This document shows, piece after piece, positions 38,401 to 47,829 of a DNA stretch of 64,000 nucleotides. Source of the stretch: Bacteroidales bacterium (GTDB lineage Bacteria > Bacteroidota > Bacteroidia > Bacteroidales > GCA-2711565); the NCBI GenBank assembly GCA_963664245.1, contig OY760934.1, forward strand, positions 2,412,998 to 2,476,997. The letters are read 5' to 3'. The position numbers were made by a program, and so were the translations under genes. The notes under the pieces are model-generated. The model saw only the letters and a program-made list of their open reading frames with translations. It made no database searches and was not told the origin of the DNA. Within the stretch, counting starts at the first letter, position 1. Each line of letters begins with the position of its first letter.

Positions 38401-40110
38401 ATGAGAGGAATTAAGAAAAAAATAGTAGTATTTATCAGTTTATTTTTTGTTGTAATTGTTGCAAACAGTTATGCTGTAACGCCTGAAAAAAACAAGGTTA
38501 GAAATGCACGTTTGTTTGCAAAGGCAAATTATGCTAAAAATAAAGGAGAAATTACACAAGCCGTTCGTATTTACCAAGAATGTTTAAATCTTGATCCCCA
38601 GGATGCTGCTGCAATGTATGAGCTGGCTAACATTTACCTTGGTTCGCAAAAAATAAAGGAAGCAAAAAAATACGCTCTTAAAGCGAACGAAATTGACCCT
38701 GCAAATAGTTATTATAAAATATTGCTTTCTAACATTTATCTTGCCGAAGGAAATACAGAAAATGCGATAATCCTGCTGAAAGAACTTTCAAGGAATTTTC
38801 CGGGTAAGACCGATTTGTTACGTCAACTGGCTTATGTTTTAGTGGTGTCTAATAATTTTGAAGAAGCCATTGACGTGTTAGATCAGCTTGAAAAGAAAAT
38901 GGGAGTAAATGAATTTATTTCTCTGCAAAAACAGCAGCTTTATCTCAAGCTAAACAAAACAGATGAGGCTATTGTTGAGATAGAAAAACTGATTGAACAA
39001 AATCCGTTCGAAGTAAACTATTATGGTTTATTAGCCGAACTTTGTGTTAAAAACAACAAGGATGAAAAAGCCCTTTGGGCCTATGAGCAAATTGCTAAAA
39101 TTGACCCGGATGATGCCTACATTCATTTATCATTATTTGATTTTTACCGCAAACGTGAAAACGACGAAAAAGCCTTTGAAGAACTTAAACTGGCTTTTGC
39201 GAATCCCGCTTTAAGTTTTGAGCCTAAGATACAAGTACTGTTATCTTATTATACCACCGAAGAAATTTATACCACTAAAACAGATAAAGCCCGGGAATTA
39301 GTTTGGATTTTAGAAGAAACACACCCGGATAACACCCGTGCCATGACACTCAAGGCCGATTTGTTGTACCGCAGCCAAGAATATGCTGAAGCACGAAAAG
39401 TATTGCATAAGGTTTTGGCAAAAGATGACTCCCAATATTCCTGGAACGAATTATTGCTGATTGTCGAAACAGATTCTCAAAATTGGGATACGGTTGTTAG
39501 TTTAAGTAGTAAAATTATCAAAATGTTTCCTATCGAACCTTTGCCTTACTTGATATCCGGTCTCGGCAATATTCAGCTTGAAAATTACGAGCAGGCTGAA
39601 AAACGCTTGGAAGCCGGAGTGAATTTGGTAAACAATAATCCTAATTTAAAAGCTCAGTTTTATTCGTATTTGGGAGATATATACCACCAACTTGAGAATA
39701 TTTCAAAATCTGATCAGGCTTATGAAAATGCCCTGAAATACGACATGGCTAATTCAATGGTTTTAAATAATTATGCTTATTATTTGGCTGTTCGGGGAGA
39801 AAAACTTGAAAAAGCGGATTGGATGTCAAAAAAAGCTATTGAGCTTGACCCGGAGAACAGTTCTAATTTAGATACCCGTGCCTGGGTGCTTTATAAAATG
39901 GAAAGATATGAAGCAGCTTTAATATATATTGAAAAAGCAGCATCCATTGATAAAACTCAAAGTGTTGAATTGCTCGAACACTATGGCGATATTCTTTACA
40001 AATTAGGGGAGAAAAATAAAGCGGTTAAAAAGTGGAAAAAAGCCCGCGATTTGGGAGGAGGTTCAGAATATTTAGAGCAAAAAATAAACGAGAAAAAAAT
40101 AATAGAATAA
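38401..40110 (+). CDS. tetratricopeptide-repeat protein
   Basis: The ORF opens at TTG 38392, but I prefer ATG 38401, followed by a signal/anchor (KKKIVVFISLFFVVIVANSYA). Multiple TPR units follow (A..Y..A/L..P pattern). Confidence 0.8.
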   Translation: MRGIKKKIVVFISLFFVVIVANSYAVTPEKNKVRNARLFAKANYAKNKGEITQAVRIYQECLNLDPQDAAAMYELANIYLGSQKIKEAKKYALKANEIDPANSYYKILLSNIYLAEGNTENAIILLKELSRNFPGKTDLLRQLAYVLVVSNNFEEAIDVLDQLEKKMGVNEFISLQKQQLYLKLNKTDEAIVEIEKLIEQNPFEVNYYGLLAELCVKNNKDEKALWAYEQIAKIDPDDAYIHLSLFDFYRKRENDEKAFEELKLAFANPALSFEPKIQVLLSYYTTEEIYTTKTDKARELVWILEETHPDNTRAMTLKADLLYRSQEYAEARKVLHKVLAKDDSQYSWNELLLIVETDSQNWDTVVSLSSKIIKMFPIEPLPYLISGLGNIQLENYEQAEKRLEAGVNLVNNNPNLKAQFYSYLGDIYHQLENISKSDQAYENALKYDMANSMVLNNYAYYLAVRGEKLEKADWMSKKAIELDPENSSNLDTRAWVLYKMERYEAALIYIEKAASIDKTQSVELLEHYGDILYKLGEKNKAVKKWKKARDLGGGSEYLEQKINEKKIIE

Positions 40111-40122
40111 GCAGAATAACAA

Positions 40123-40959
40123 ATGAAACGTAATCTCCTGTTTTTAACCTTGGCCGTGCTGATTGTTTTCAGTTCTTGTAATACCGTTCGAAAAACCTAT
40201 AAACAACCCCTGAAAGAACAGGGATCTGATTATTTGGTACAGAAACTGAAAGAAAGCGAATTAAACTTTGATTACTTTAGTGCCAAATTTAAATTGCACC
40301 TTTCTGAGGATAAGAAGAAAACATCTTTTAAAGGACAGGTTCGCATGCAAAAAGACAGCGTGATTTGGGTGAGCTTTTCCCCTTTACTGGGCATCGAAGT
40401 AGCTCGCATGCTCATTACCAACGATTCGGTAAAATTCATCAACCGCATGAATAAAACCTTTTTTAAAGGAGATTATACGTATTTGAATGAGTTTTTTGAT
40501 ACAAACCTTGACTTTAACGTTTTACAGGGGCTTATTCTGGGGAATGATTTTAGTCATTATGAGATTAATAAATTTCGTGCGTTTATCGATAACATGGAAT
40601 ATCGTCTCTCTACAGCAGCCCGTCATAAGCTAAAAAAATATTTAAAAATTCACGAAACAGAACCCAATGTGTTTATCCAAAACATTTGGTTGAACCCTTA
40701 CAATTTTAAGATTACACAAATACAACTTAAAGAATTGTATAAAGAGAGTAAAAAATTACAAGTGAATTACGAAGAATTTGTAGATATTAATTCGCAATTA
40801 TTCCCTAAAAACATTAATTTTAACCTGCAAGCTGAAAAGAAATTTGAAGTCGTGATAGATTATTCAAAAATTGATGTAAACGAGGAAACAAATTTTCCGT
40901 TTAAGGTTCCGTCAAAATATGAATCAATCTCCCGCTTAAATGAATCAGGGAAAAAATGA
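40123..40959 (+). CDS. DUF4292-like (LolB-fold) lipoprotein
   Basis: 278-aa ORF with lipobox VFSSC. Its position between the TPR protein and an EnvC-like gene is conserved in Bacteroidota (from memory). Confidence 0.7.
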   Translation: MKRNLLFLTLAVLIVFSSCNTVRKTYKQPLKEQGSDYLVQKLKESELNFDYFSAKFKLHLSEDKKKTSFKGQVRMQKDSVIWVSFSPLLGIEVARMLITNDSVKFINRMNKTFFKGDYTYLNEFFDTNLDFNVLQGLILGNDFSHYEINKFRAFIDNMEYRLSTAARHKLKKYLKIHETEPNVFIQNIWLNPYNFKITQIQLKELYKESKKLQVNYEEFVDINSQLFPKNINFNLQAEKKFEVVIDYSKIDVNEETNFPFKVPSKYESISRLNESGKK

Positions 40960-42197
40960 GTTCAAAAAAAAGAATACAAATTTATAGCGCGTTTATCATT
41001 CTTCTGGGTTTGTTATTGTTGAACCCAACCGAAAATTACGCTCAAAACCAAAAATCAGCCCTTCAGCAAAACGTTCGCCGTTTAGAGGGGGAAATATCCT
41101 ACACCAATAAATTACTGGAATCTACCCGCCAAAATAAGTCCAATTCGCTAGAGGAACTGGTTTTATTAAATAATAAAATCAAACAACGTGAGAGCCTGAT
41201 TGACGTAATGACCAAAGAAATTCAATTTCTGACAAAGTCTATTGGTAAAAACGAGGAGGAAATAGAGAAACTGAATAAAGAACTTGAGCAACTAAAAAAA
41301 GAGTACGGCAAGCTGATATACTTTGCTTATAAAAACAGGAATTCTTCCGATCGTTTAATGTTTATTTTTTCGGCCGAAAGTTTTAACCAGGCATACCAGC
41401 GGTTAAAATATTTGCAGTATTACGGGGTTTACCGTAAAAATCAGGCGGTTTTAATTGAACAAACCAAAGATACCCTGAACGCAATCATCAATAAACTTGC
41501 AGAACAAAAAACAGATAAAGAATCTTTAATAAAGAACCAACAAAAAGAAGTTCGGAAACTTAACCTTGAAAAATCAGACAAGCAACGCACGATAAATAAA
41601 CTTGGCAAGAAGGAACGTCAGCTTCGGGCAGATTTACGCGAAAAACAAAAGAAAGCCGACCGACTAACTAAAGCTATTGAAGATATTATTGCGAAAGAAA
41701 TTCGTTTGGCGGCCCAAAGGAAAAATGCCGAAAAAAAGGAAGCTTCAATAGCCATGACCCCGGACGAACAAAAATTATCTTCTACTTTTTTCGAAAACAA
41801 AGGAAAATTGCCCTGGCCAACGGAAAGAGGTGTAATTTCCAGTACCTTTGGCATACACCCCCATCCGGTTTTGAAAAGAAACAAAATTAAAAATAACGGA
41901 ATAAATATTCTGACCGTAAAAGGCCAAAAAGTCCGAAGCATCTTTAATGGTGTTGTAATTAGTATCCGAACAATCCACAATCATAAAGTTGTGTTGGTTC
42001 GGCATGGGGAATATTTTTCGGTGTATTCGAATTTGAGTACAGTGAGTGTTCGCCAGGGAGAAAATGTTAAAACCAAACAAGAGATAGGTATTATAAATAC
42101 AGATATTTCCAATGGTAAAACGGAACTCCATTTCGAAATCTGGAAAGGTACGGTAATACAAAATCCGGCCAGTTGGCTTGCAAAATCTTCAAATTAA
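40956..42197 (+). CDS. EnvC-like murein hydrolase activator (coiled coil + degenerate LytM/M23 domain)
   Basis: 413-aa ORF with ATGA overlap onto the upstream gene and a long coiled coil. In the C-terminal LytM fold, HxxxD is absent (NNGINIL) and HxH is reduced to one His (ELHFEIW), as in non-catalytic EnvC-type activators. Confidence 0.8.
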   Translation: MSSKKRIQIYSAFIILLGLLLLNPTENYAQNQKSALQQNVRRLEGEISYTNKLLESTRQNKSNSLEELVLLNNKIKQRESLIDVMTKEIQFLTKSIGKNEEEIEKLNKELEQLKKEYGKLIYFAYKNRNSSDRLMFIFSAESFNQAYQRLKYLQYYGVYRKNQAVLIEQTKDTLNAIINKLAEQKTDKESLIKNQQKEVRKLNLEKSDKQRTINKLGKKERQLRADLREKQKKADRLTKAIEDIIAKEIRLAAQRKNAEKKEASIAMTPDEQKLSSTFFENKGKLPWPTERGVISSTFGIHPHPVLKRNKIKNNGINILTVKGQKVRSIFNGVVISIRTIHNHKVVLVRHGEYFSVYSNLSTVSVRQGENVKTKQEIGIINTDISNGKTELHFEIWKGTVIQNPASWLAKSSN

Positions 42198-42199
42198 AC

Positions 42200-43276
42200 T
42201 TACTCGTAAATTCGGGGTGTAAGTTCTCCGCGGATTACCCGAAGGGCATTCAGTGCCAATGCTTTCATTTCATCTTCGCCCGGATAAACATGTACCGGTC
42301 CAAAGCGTTCAACGCGGTTACGAACTTGTTGAACAAACCAACGGTCGTGTGCAATTCCTCCGGTAATTAAAATTGCATCCACATCTCCTTCCAGTACAGC
42401 TGCCATGCTTCCAATTTCTTTCGCTACCTGGTAAGCCATGGCAGAGTAAATGAGTTCTGCTTTTTTATCGCCGGCTTCAACTTTTTGTTCAACCTCGTAA
42501 GCATTATTGGTGCCTAAATAAGCAACCAATCCGCCTTGTCCGGTAATCATTTTTTTGATTTCCTTATAAGTGTATTTTCCGCTAAAACATAGTTTTGCCA
42601 AATCCCCAACAGGGAGTGTCCCGCTTCGTTCGGGCGAAAACGGTCCTTCACCGTCCAGAGCCTGGTTAACATCTATAACACGTCCTTTTTTGTGTGCTCC
42701 AACCGAAACTCCTCCTCCTAAATGAACAACAATCAGGTTCAGGTCTTCGTATTTTTTGAGGGTTTGTTTGGCGTGTTCGCGGGCAATTGCTTTTTGGTTC
42801 AATGCATGGAAAACAGAAATCCGGTTGAATTCGGGATGTCCTGAAACACGGGCAATTTCATCAAGTTCATCAACCACCACAGGATCGGTAATATAAGCCT
42901 TGGCATCGGGTAATGATTTAGCAATATCGTCAGCGATTAAGCCTCCCAAATTACTGGCGTGTTCTCCAATCGGGCTGTTGTACAAATCACGTTTCATTGC
43001 TTCGTTTACCTCGTAAACCCCCGATTCAATTGGTTTTACCAATCCGCCCCGTCCTACAATTGCTTTGACATGATTTTCGCTGATTTCAGCCTCATTCAAT
43101 TCATCAATAATCAATTGTTTTCTAAAAGGAAGTTGATCGGTAATTGTTTCATACTTTTCGAGTTCTTCGGAAGTATGTTTTATGTTTTTTACAAAAATGG
43201 GATCTTCGTTATGATAAACCGCAATTTTTGTAGAGGTTGATCCGGGATTTATAGCCAGAATTCTGATTTGTTCCAT
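42200..43276 (-). CDS. buk: butyrate kinase
   Basis: 358-aa ORF with ILAINPGSTSTKIA, HASNLGG, VHLGGGVSV and ITGGIAH (ASKHA acetate/butyrate kinase blocks). Confidence 0.92.
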   Translation of the reverse strand: MEQIRILAINPGSTSTKIAVYHNEDPIFVKNIKHTSEELEKYETITDQLPFRKQLIIDELNEAEISENHVKAIVGRGGLVKPIESGVYEVNEAMKRDLYNSPIGEHASNLGGLIADDIAKSLPDAKAYITDPVVVDELDEIARVSGHPEFNRISVFHALNQKAIAREHAKQTLKKYEDLNLIVVHLGGGVSVGAHKKGRVIDVNQALDGEGPFSPERSGTLPVGDLAKLCFSGKYTYKEIKKMITGQGGLVAYLGTNNAYEVEQKVEAGDKKAELIYSAMAYQVAKEIGSMAAVLEGDVDAILITGGIAHDRWFVQQVRNRVERFGPVHVYPGEDEMKALALNALRVIRGELTPRIYE

Positions 43277-43296
43277 GCTTTTTATTTGTTATTGAA

Positions 43297-44193
43297 TTAA
43301 CCAATAGCTGCAGCAAGAGCAATAGATAAGAATTTACTTTTTTCTGAGTCGGCTCTGGATGTTAATACAATTGGTACCTGAGCTCCCATGATAACGGCAG
43401 CAGCGGTGGCTCCGCCAAGGAAGTTCAATGATTTATATAAAATATTAGCTCCGTCAATGCTTGGTCCCAGGATGATATCTACATCCCCGGCAACTTCACT
43501 GGTGATATCTTTTAGTTCGGCAGCTTTTTTAGAAACCGCATTATCAATGGCTAATGGTCCGTCAATGATACAACCTTTAATTTGTTTACGGTAGTTCATC
43601 ATCGAAATGGTTGCAGCATGCATAGTGGCTTCCATTTTAGGATTTATGGTTTCAACAGAACCAACAACGGCAACTTTTGGATTCGGATTTCCTAAATTGT
43701 GGAAAGCTTCAACTGCATTTTCAATGATTGCAATTTTTTGTTCAAGGTCGGGGGCAACATTCATCGCGGCATCAGTAACACCTAGTAATTTATGATAGAA
43801 AGGAGTTTCAAAAACCGCAACATGACTTAAAGTTGCTCCTTTACGAAGGCCACATTCTTTATCTAAAACGCATTTTAATAATACGCCGGTACTAACCAAC
43901 CCCTTCATTAAAATATCTGCTTCGCCATTGCGGATTAGCTTAACCGCTTCTTTACTAGCTTCTCTTGAATCTTCAATATTAACAATCCGGATGTTTGAAA
44001 GATCAAATTGAATTTTCTTTGCAATGGATCGGATGGCTTTTTCGTCGCCAACCAAAATCGGATCAATGATTCCTTCTTTTTGGGCATTTTGAACAGCTTC
44101 CAATACGTGTTGATCGCCAGCAGCAGCCACGACAATTTTTCGGGTTGTTTTGTTTTTTGCTTTGTCCACAACTTCCGATAAATGTTTAATCAT
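43297..44193 (-). CDS. ptb: phosphate butyryltransferase
   Basis: 298-aa ORF of the PTA_PTB family (AAAGDQHVLEAV, ILMKGLVST, LTSRADS), immediately upstream of buk. Confidence 0.9.
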   Translation of the reverse strand: MIKHLSEVVDKAKNKTTRKIVVAAAGDQHVLEAVQNAQKEGIIDPILVGDEKAIRSIAKKIQFDLSNIRIVNIEDSREASKEAVKLIRNGEADILMKGLVSTGVLLKCVLDKECGLRKGATLSHVAVFETPFYHKLLGVTDAAMNVAPDLEQKIAIIENAVEAFHNLGNPNPKVAVVGSVETINPKMEATMHAATISMMNYRKQIKGCIIDGPLAIDNAVSKKAAELKDITSEVAGDVDIILGPSIDGANILYKSLNFLGGATAAAVIMGAQVPIVLTSRADSEKSKFLSIALAAAIG

Positions 44194-44492
44194 CTCTACT
44201 TTAAAATTTTATGTGTTTAAATAACCTAATGTGTGCGGTTTTTTGCAAAAGTATAAAAATATAAGCAAGAGACATACATGAGTTGTTAACTTTTTAACAG
44301 AAAAATTTTAAATAAACATTCTTTTTTATTTTTTCTATCTTTGTGCCCATAAGATAAGAACAATGATTTCTTTGATTAACATTAACCGGAAACAAAACTT
44401 CCTCAATATCAAAAAGCGGGATTCATTTCACGTCTAATCTTTTTTAGAAACCCGTTAATTTTCTTATTTATTTACTTTAAAAATTTGATATT

Positions 44493-45869
44493 ATGGAATT
44501 TCCATTTGCAGAATCATATAAAATAAAAATGGTTGAGGCCATTAAAAAAAGCACAAAAGAAGAACGCCTCAACTGGATTAAAGAAGCCAAGTATAATTTA
44601 TTTAACCTAAGCAGCGATAAAGTTTTTATAGACCTTTTAACCGATTCAGGAACCGGAGCCATGAGCGACAAACAATGGTCAGCTATGATGGTGGGCGATG
44701 AAAGTTATGCTGGTGCTTCTTCGTATTATAACCTTAAAAATGCCATCAAAAAAATTCTTGGTTTTGATTTCTTTTTACCAACGCATCAGGGCAGGGCTGC
44801 TGAAAATGTTTTGTTCTCGGCCATGCTAAAAGACGGTGACTTGGTTCCTGGAAACTCACACTTTGACACCACCAAAGGGCACATCGAATTCCGCAAAGCA
44901 TTTGCGGTAGATTGTACCATTGACGAAGCTTTTGATACGGCCATTATTCATCCGTTTAAAGGAAATATTGATCCGGAAAAACTGGAAAAGGTTCTGAAAG
45001 AAAATCCAAAAGAAAAAATTCCGCTCATCATTTTTACGGTTACCTGTAATTCATCAGGCGGCCAGCCGGTAAGTATGGAAAATATCAAAGAAGTTTCGGC
45101 TTTAGCCAAAAAATATGGTATTCCGTTGATTTTTGATTCGGCTCGTTTTGCTGAAAACGCTTATTTCATTAAGACCCGTGAAAAAGGATATGAAGACAAA
45201 AGTATCAAAGAAATTGTCAAAGAAATGTATTCTTATGCTGACGGAATGACCATGAGCAGTAAAAAAGATGCCATTGTTAATATGGGTGGTTTTATTGCGT
45301 TGAGAGATGAAGAACTTTGTAAAAAAGCTTCAATGTATAGCATTATGTTTGAAGGCTATTTGACCTATGGCGGAATGTCGGGGCGTGATATGAATGCTTT
45401 GGCCCAGGGATTGGATGAAGGAACCGAATTTGAATATCTGGAAACCCGTATCGGTCAGGTGGCTTATTTGGGACAAAAACTGCTTGATTATGGGGTGCCT
45501 GTAATGGTTCCGTTTGGCGGTCATGCTATTTTTGTAGATGCCAAAAAATTCTTGCCAAATGTTCCGAAGGAAGAATTTATTGCTCAAACACTGGCTGTTG
45601 AATTGTACGTTGAAGGCGGGGTTCGTGCCGTTGAAATAGGTGCGATTTTAGCTGACCGCGATCCCATTACCCGCGAAAACCGTTATCCCGAGCTGGAATT
45701 GGTTCGCATGGCTATTCCGCGCCGTACTTATACCAACAATCACATGGATTATGTAGCGACAGCTTTGGCTAATGTTTATGACCGTAGAAGTCAATTAAAA
45801 CGCGGGCTTAAAATTGTAAATGAAGCCCCGATTCTTCGTCATTTTACAGTTGGACTAGAAAGATTGTAA
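44493..45869 (+). CDS. tnaA: tryptophanase (beta-eliminating lyase family)
   Basis: 458-aa ORF with DLLTDSGTGAMS, FDTTKGH, DSARFAENAYFIK and the PLP-lysine block MSSKKDAIVNMGG. These blocks match E. coli TnaA more closely than tyrosine phenol-lyase (YFTTT, DATRCVENAYFIK), as recalled from memory. Confidence 0.85.
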   Translation: MEFPFAESYKIKMVEAIKKSTKEERLNWIKEAKYNLFNLSSDKVFIDLLTDSGTGAMSDKQWSAMMVGDESYAGASSYYNLKNAIKKILGFDFFLPTHQGRAAENVLFSAMLKDGDLVPGNSHFDTTKGHIEFRKAFAVDCTIDEAFDTAIIHPFKGNIDPEKLEKVLKENPKEKIPLIIFTVTCNSSGGQPVSMENIKEVSALAKKYGIPLIFDSARFAENAYFIKTREKGYEDKSIKEIVKEMYSYADGMTMSSKKDAIVNMGGFIALRDEELCKKASMYSIMFEGYLTYGGMSGRDMNALAQGLDEGTEFEYLETRIGQVAYLGQKLLDYGVPVMVPFGGHAIFVDAKKFLPNVPKEEFIAQTLAVELYVEGGVRAVEIGAILADRDPITRENRYPELELVRMAIPRRTYTNNHMDYVATALANVYDRRSQLKRGLKIVNEAPILRHFTVGLERL

Positions 45870-45895
45870 TCTCATTCAGATTATTATATAATTTT

Positions 45896-45930
45896 GTGCC
45901 ATTAATCATCATGATTGATGGCACTTTTTT
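45896..45930 (+). terminator. intrinsic terminator of tnaA
   Basis: GTGCCATTAATCATcATGATTGATGGCAC followed by tttttt. Long stem with one G.U pair. Confidence 0.75.
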
Positions 45931-45933
45931 ATT

Positions 45934-46500
45934 ATGATCGCAACACTTGATTTAATTATTTTAATTTTTGCCGTTGCAAGCAGTGTATTTGCAACTTCAC
46001 TAATTGCTCATGTTCAAAAATGTTTGTCGGGCATTGGTAAGTTAAAAATACTAATTGTTTTTTCGGTGATGGCGGTCATGCTGTTTTTGGCCGGAACCGA
46101 AATAACAAAATCCATCAAAATCCTTTATCCCAAACTAGGTGGGTGGATGAGTGTAGTTATTTTCGGGATTCTTGGGGTTCGTTATATTTTAAAAGCATTT
46201 AAATTTAAAACAGAAGAACGCTTTTTTGATTTCACCAATTTCCGGGTTGTATTAGGGGTTTCTGTTGCTTTGGGAATTGATTATTTGATTCTGGGTCTTG
46301 GTTTTGCCTTCCTCTCGTATGATAAAGAAATGGTGTTATATGTTATTCCGGCCTTTACATTTATTGCAACATGGTTTGGGTTGATTTTAGGAAAGAAATT
46401 TGGGAAATTTGAATGGGGAAACCGCATGATGTATTTGGGAGGGTTATTTCTTGCCGGGATAGCCGTCAAATTTATCCTGGCCTTTTTAAACGTTTTATAG
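45934..46500 (+). CDS. MntP/DUF204-like membrane protein (putative Mn efflux pump family)
   Basis: 188-aa ORF with 6 TM helices. Segments align with E. coli MntP from memory (ALGIDYLILGLGFAFL vs ATSLDAMAVGVGLAFL; C-terminal GKKFG...GGLFLAGIAVKFIL). The first-repeat Asp appears absent (VASSVFA). Confidence 0.55.
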   Translation: MIATLDLIILIFAVASSVFATSLIAHVQKCLSGIGKLKILIVFSVMAVMLFLAGTEITKSIKILYPKLGGWMSVVIFGILGVRYILKAFKFKTEERFFDFTNFRVVLGVSVALGIDYLILGLGFAFLSYDKEMVLYVIPAFTFIATWFGLILGKKFGKFEWGNRMMYLGGLFLAGIAVKFILAFLNVL

Positions 46501-46508
46501 TCATAAAA

Positions 46509-46964
46509 ATGAAAAAACAAAAAATAAGAATTACCAAAGAGTTTAAATTTGAAATGGCACATGCCTTGCCAAACCATAATGGCCCGTGTAAAAATATTCA
46601 TGGACATTCTTATACGTTGTCGGTTACGGTTATCGGTTTTCCTGTTGAAGATAAAACCCGCCCTGACCATGGAATGATTATGGATTTTGGAGATTTAAAA
46701 AAAATTGTAAATACCAATGTGGTTAATGTTTTTGACCATGCTTTGGTTCTGAATAAAAACACCGAAAAAACTTTAAAAACAGAATTAGCTAAAAATTTTG
46801 AAAAACTGTTTTGGGTAGATTACCACCCAACCAGCGAAAATTTAATCGTAGATTTTGTAAACAGAATTCAGCCCCAATTACCCGGTGATGTTAATCTTTA
46901 CAGTCTAACTCTCAGAGAAACCGCAACTTCACTTGCAGAATGGCAGGCAAGCGATAATGTTTAG
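46509..46964 (+). CDS. queD: 6-carboxy-5,6,7,8-tetrahydropterin synthase
   Basis: The ATG at 46509 (MKKQKIRITKEFKFEMAHAL) is preferred over the upstream extension at 46413, which overlaps the previous gene. PTPS motifs are present (FEMAHAL, CKNIHGHSY). Confidence 0.88.
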   Translation: MKKQKIRITKEFKFEMAHALPNHNGPCKNIHGHSYTLSVTVIGFPVEDKTRPDHGMIMDFGDLKKIVNTNVVNVFDHALVLNKNTEKTLKTELAKNFEKLFWVDYHPTSENLIVDFVNRIQPQLPGDVNLYSLTLRETATSLAEWQASDNV

Positions 46965-47152
46965 TTGTTCGGGTGTTGTTAATAAATTGAAAAACATTTG
47001 TTTTTTATGTAAAATGTTTTCATATGTTCCGGAATATTTCTACTTTTGCCTACCCCCATTACTTAACAGAGCATTAAAAGTAATCTTTATGAGTTTATTT
47101 ATCTAAACTTCATATTTTTTATTTATTAGAATTGTTTAATAAATTAATTATT

Positions 47153-47446
47153 ATGGAAGTGGTTGTGTATGGTGTATTGTATTTAATGTTATGCGTAATA
47201 TCTGCATTAATCTTCAATACAAACAAGTCCAGGTGGCTGAAATTATTATTATGTATTGTTTTCACTCCGTTTTTAGCATTTTATATATTAAAGTATTTAC
47301 AGAGAAAAAGTGACGCACGTGTTACGCATTATATTTGTACTAGGTGTCATTTAGAATTTACACAAGAAGCTGAATATTGTCCGATTTGCAAACGGGAAGG
47401 AATAGAAACAAAATTGATTGTACAAGTCATGGAGCAAATACAATAA
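47153..47446 (+). CDS. two-TM protein with C-terminal zinc ribbon
   Basis: The ORF opens at TTG 47132, but ATG 47153 (MEVVVYGVLYL...) is more likely. Two TM helices are followed by YICTRCHLEFTQEAEYCPICKREG (CxxC-N13-CxxC). Confidence 0.6.
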   Translation: MEVVVYGVLYLMLCVISALIFNTNKSRWLKLLLCIVFTPFLAFYILKYLQRKSDARVTHYICTRCHLEFTQEAEYCPICKREGIETKLIVQVMEQIQ

Positions 47447-47635
47447 AATGCCAGTTTAGGCTATTTTAATTTTGTTACGCTTTTTATGAAATTTTACTAA
47501 GGTTAATTTGATTAAATAATCAAAGGGTTACTTTTTTTCATTAAAAGGTATTAATTGGACAAAGTCCTCTATTAATATCCTGTATGGTGTAAAAAATTCA
47601 GCTTGTTGTTTACTTGCATTAAAATGTAAATTGTA

Positions 47636-47794
47636 ATGAAATTTTTTCAACGAAGAAATAGAAAATTAACGACACACTATGTTTGTCCTGATTGTCATTT
47701 AGAATTTACACAGGAAGCTGAATATTGCCCAGTTTGTAAAAAGGAAGGGAAAGCAACGAGGTTGATTCCACAAGTTATGGAATCTTTAAATTAA
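47636..47794 (+). CDS. 52-aa zinc-ribbon small protein (paralog of the C-terminus of 47153-47446)
   Basis: Not in the ORF track because it is under 60 aa. ATG 47636 to TAA 47794 gives MKFFQRRNRKLTTHYVCPDCHLEFTQEAEYCPVCKKEGKATRLIPQVMESLN. CxxC-N13-CxxC is conserved with the neighbour, and a strong terminator follows. Confidence 0.5.
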   Translation: MKFFQRRNRKLTTHYVCPDCHLEFTQEAEYCPVCKKEGKATRLIPQVMESLN

Positions 47795-47795
47795 C

Positions 47796-47826
47796 AAAAA
47801 ACCTCCCGGATTCGGGAGGTTTTTTG
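47796..47826. terminator. bidirectional intrinsic terminator
   Basis: aaaaaaCCTCCCGgattCGGGAGGtttttt between the small zinc-ribbon ORF (+) and the RND permease (-). Confidence 0.85.
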
Positions 47827-47829
47827 TTG

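Noticed and set aside
45870-45933. I looked for a yybP-ykoY (Mn) riboswitch upstream of the MntP-like gene and a preQ1 riboswitch upstream of queD.
   Set aside because: Only 64 nt are available before the MntP-like gene, and they are occupied by the tnaA terminator. queD starts 8 nt after the previous gene.
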